IMG/VR virus record: IMGVR_UViG_3300043353_000042
Span: 1 to 64,000 of that record
DNA length: 64,000 nucleotides
Reading direction: 5' to 3' (one strand)
Source: a virus
This document shows positions 61,996 to 64,000 of this stretch, one piece after another. The translations under genes and the position numbers were made by a program. The stretch's first letter is position 1. The number at the start of each line of letters is the position of its first letter. Under the pieces are notes generated by a model. The model saw only the letters and a program-made list of their open reading frames with translations, did not search any database and was not told the origin of the DNA.

Positions 61996-62595
61996 ATGAC
62001 GCCTACACAGATTTGGGTGCTCGTCGCGACGATCGCAGGGTTTGTCGCGATCGGCGTGATTGGCGTTTGGCAAGCCGTGCACATCCCGTGGCCATCAGGC
62101 GCGCGCGCAACGCGCAAGTCTGCGCTCGGTTGCGAAGTGACGGTGATCGACGCGCCGGGCGATGACGGTCAGCGCCTCTTGCTACTCGACGCATGCACCA
62201 CGGCGACAGTCGCGATCTTCACCGCGTGGCATGTGTGGCGGCCGAACGACACCGCCGCTGCGCAAGTCTTCCCAACGATCGGCGTGCACTTCATCGACGA
62301 CACGATGATGGACGATATCGAGCACTCGCTTTTTGGTGGCGAGAAAATCGCTTCGTACTTGAGCGATGCGTCGTCGAAGTTCAAGAAGATTCCCCTCGCG
62401 GTCATTCGCAAGTCGCTCGCAGCCGAGATGATCGGGACGGGACAGCCGCTCATGCACGAGATGCTTCACGCGCTCCTGAACAACTTCATGCCTGGTGCTC
62501 CGGGGATCCACGACCACACAAACGTTGCGTGGGACGTCGTCCAGAATGCAGCGCTCACGACGTACCGTGATCTCTACGCGCCGAAGAACAGCTGA
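61996..62595 (+). CDS. membrane-anchored HExxH metallopeptidase-like protein
   Basis: N-terminal TM IWVLVATIAGFVAIGVIGVW. PLMHEMLHAL contains HExxH. Confidence 0.5.
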   Translation: MTPTQIWVLVATIAGFVAIGVIGVWQAVHIPWPSGARATRKSALGCEVTVIDAPGDDGQRLLLLDACTTATVAIFTAWHVWRPNDTAAAQVFPTIGVHFIDDTMMDDIEHSLFGGEKIASYLSDASSKFKKIPLAVIRKSLAAEMIGTGQPLMHEMLHALLNNFMPGAPGIHDHTNVAWDVVQNAALTTYRDLYAPKNS

Positions 62596-62706
62596 CCCAC
62601 GCGGACGGCTCGTGTAGTCTTGGCCTCGCACCGATCCAAGGGCGCCGTTCGCGAATGGTTCGCGGGCGGCGTTTCTCTTTCAGCGGTTCGGCTGTCGCCT
62701 GCGTAC

Positions 62707-62976
62707 ATGATCGGCATGAACGCGGCGCGCAAAGAAAAGCCGATTCCCGACTACCTTCGCGAGCTGTCGGAACAGCTGCCGATCACGCTCGACCTGAAGG
62801 AAACAGCCGAGGTGATGAAAATGCACGAGCGCTCGGTGCAGCGCCTGATCGCATCGGGTGAGTTGAAAGCGACCCGCTCGCGGCTAAGCGGCGGGTCACG
62901 TTTGATCATCACTCGCAGCGAGGTCGTGCGCTGGTTCATGTCGCGCGATTCGCGCGGGGCAGCGAACAGCAACTGA
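62707..62976 (+). CDS. excisionase-type HTH DNA-binding protein
   Basis: LDLKETAEVMKMHERSVQRLIASGELKA...IITRSEVVRWF. Lies adjacent to the integrase. Confidence 0.55.
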   Translation: MIGMNAARKEKPIPDYLRELSEQLPITLDLKETAEVMKMHERSVQRLIASGELKATRSRLSGGSRLIITRSEVVRWFMSRDSRGAANSN

Positions 62977-63981
62977 TCACTTCCTGGCCTTCACGAGATC
63001 GATGATCTTCTGCACTTGCTCTTCGATCTGCATTGCAGCTTCGATCGATTTCACTTCGGGCTTGATGCCCTTGACGAGGCCTGCATAGTGCTTCTCTTGC
63101 ACGGCTTGCGAGTGACCGAGTTGTTTTGCCGAATGGAACGACGCAGCGGCGCCATAGATGCCCGGGGCATTCGTCAGGTAGGTCGAGCACGTTGAGCGCG
63201 CCATCTGGTATGTGAACTTAGCCGGCGCTCGGAACTGCTTGTCGTCGTCAGTGTCGTCGTCGCCGAAGCCATCTCGCAGGCGCTGGTTCGCCGCTTGCGC
63301 TTCGTCGTAGGTAACGCCAAAGACCGACCCCTTGCCGTTTGCTTTGCGGTGTAGCGTGAGCATCAGTTCACGCAACATCGGCGACACTTCGAAGCTGACG
63401 AAGCGCGCACGCTTCGTCTTCGTGTTTTCGGCCTGCAGTTTAATTTGGCCGACGACGACGCCGTCGAAGTCTTCATGGTCGAGGTCGACGTGCGTGCGCC
63501 ACTCGACTAGGCACAGCTCGTCGAGCCGCATGCCGGTCAGAAACGCGGCTGCGACGAATGGGGCGATCGCTACATAGCGCGCAGTCGAGCCCCCTGTTTC
63601 GTTTCGCGTCTTCTCGTTGCGGGTCAGCGCATAGACGAGTGAGTCGTGATGCATAGCGCATTCGAGCGTGTGCGCGATCTCTTTGCGCGACATGAACTCG
63701 GGATACTCGAAGGGCACTTCGTACTTCTTCAACGCGACGATCAGATCGTCGAGGTGCAACTTCGGCAAACGTTCGGCTGAGATCAGCCACGTCAACAAGG
63801 TTCCTGCGACGCGTAGGTCGCTGTTGACGGTGATGGTCGCACGACGTTTTGGCAGCTCAACGACCTCGCCTCGCTTCTTGCCCGGTGCGCATTGCTTCTT
63901 CGGCAGCTTCATTGCCCATGCTCGAAACGAGAGAAGCTCGGCTCGGGTGATCTTGTCGGGCGTGACGCGCTCCTCCTTCAC
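62977..63981 (-). CDS. int: tyrosine recombinase / phage integrase
   Basis: Box I LTGMRLDELCLVEW. C-terminal MARSTCSTYL...LGHSQAVQEKHY with the catalytic Tyr context. The 5' end is close to the window edge. Confidence 0.85.
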   Translation of the reverse strand: MKEERVTPDKITRAELLSFRAWAMKLPKKQCAPGKKRGEVVELPKRRATITVNSDLRVAGTLLTWLISAERLPKLHLDDLIVALKKYEVPFEYPEFMSRKEIAHTLECAMHHDSLVYALTRNEKTRNETGGSTARYVAIAPFVAAAFLTGMRLDELCLVEWRTHVDLDHEDFDGVVVGQIKLQAENTKTKRARFVSFEVSPMLRELMLTLHRKANGKGSVFGVTYDEAQAANQRLRDGFGDDDTDDDKQFRAPAKFTYQMARSTCSTYLTNAPGIYGAAASFHSAKQLGHSQAVQEKHYAGLVKGIKPEVKSIEAAMQIEEQVQKIIDLVKARK

Positions 63982-64000
63982 CCATCGGTTGAAGTTGCGC

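Overview
GC-rich, densely coded window that reads as most of a temperate phage or prophage. All functional calls come from motifs recognised by eye; no BLAST or HMM search was possible. Layout: tail-fibre gene and a weak lysis-like cluster (0-3.9 kb). A large replication/recombination module follows (4-38 kb): SF2 helicase, wHTH initiator candidate, DnaC-like loader, DnaB-like helicase, methyltransferase, primase, CobS/CobT-like AAA+/VWA pair, sigma-like factor, DnaE, HU, gp32-like SSB, RecA, SbcCD, RuvC-like, FEN, UDG4, dCTP deaminase, two ParB-like paralogs and an ATP ligase. Next is an array of about 25 tiny ORFs (34.7-46.6 kb), then a 1.45-kb non-coding iteron field (46.6-48.1 kb). A strand-switching accessory region (48-62.6 kb) ends in xis-like and tyrosine integrase genes. 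The most unusual content is regulatory: (1) about 20 copies of a hyper-conserved ~36-nt promoter-like cassette in two sequence classes, seven of them exactly 6 nt from an ATG (leaderless design); (2) a 38-nt invariant RNA core in 5' leaders enclosed by three different but complementary stems; (3) about 19 copies of an 18-19-bp iteron, both clustered and dispersed, including inside the initiator gene and upstream of a parB-like gene; (4) an SSB-like protein with a ~330-aa alternating poly-acidic/lysine-rich repeat tail; (5) four tandem zinc-ribbon paralogs sharing an MKLEDLR N-terminus.
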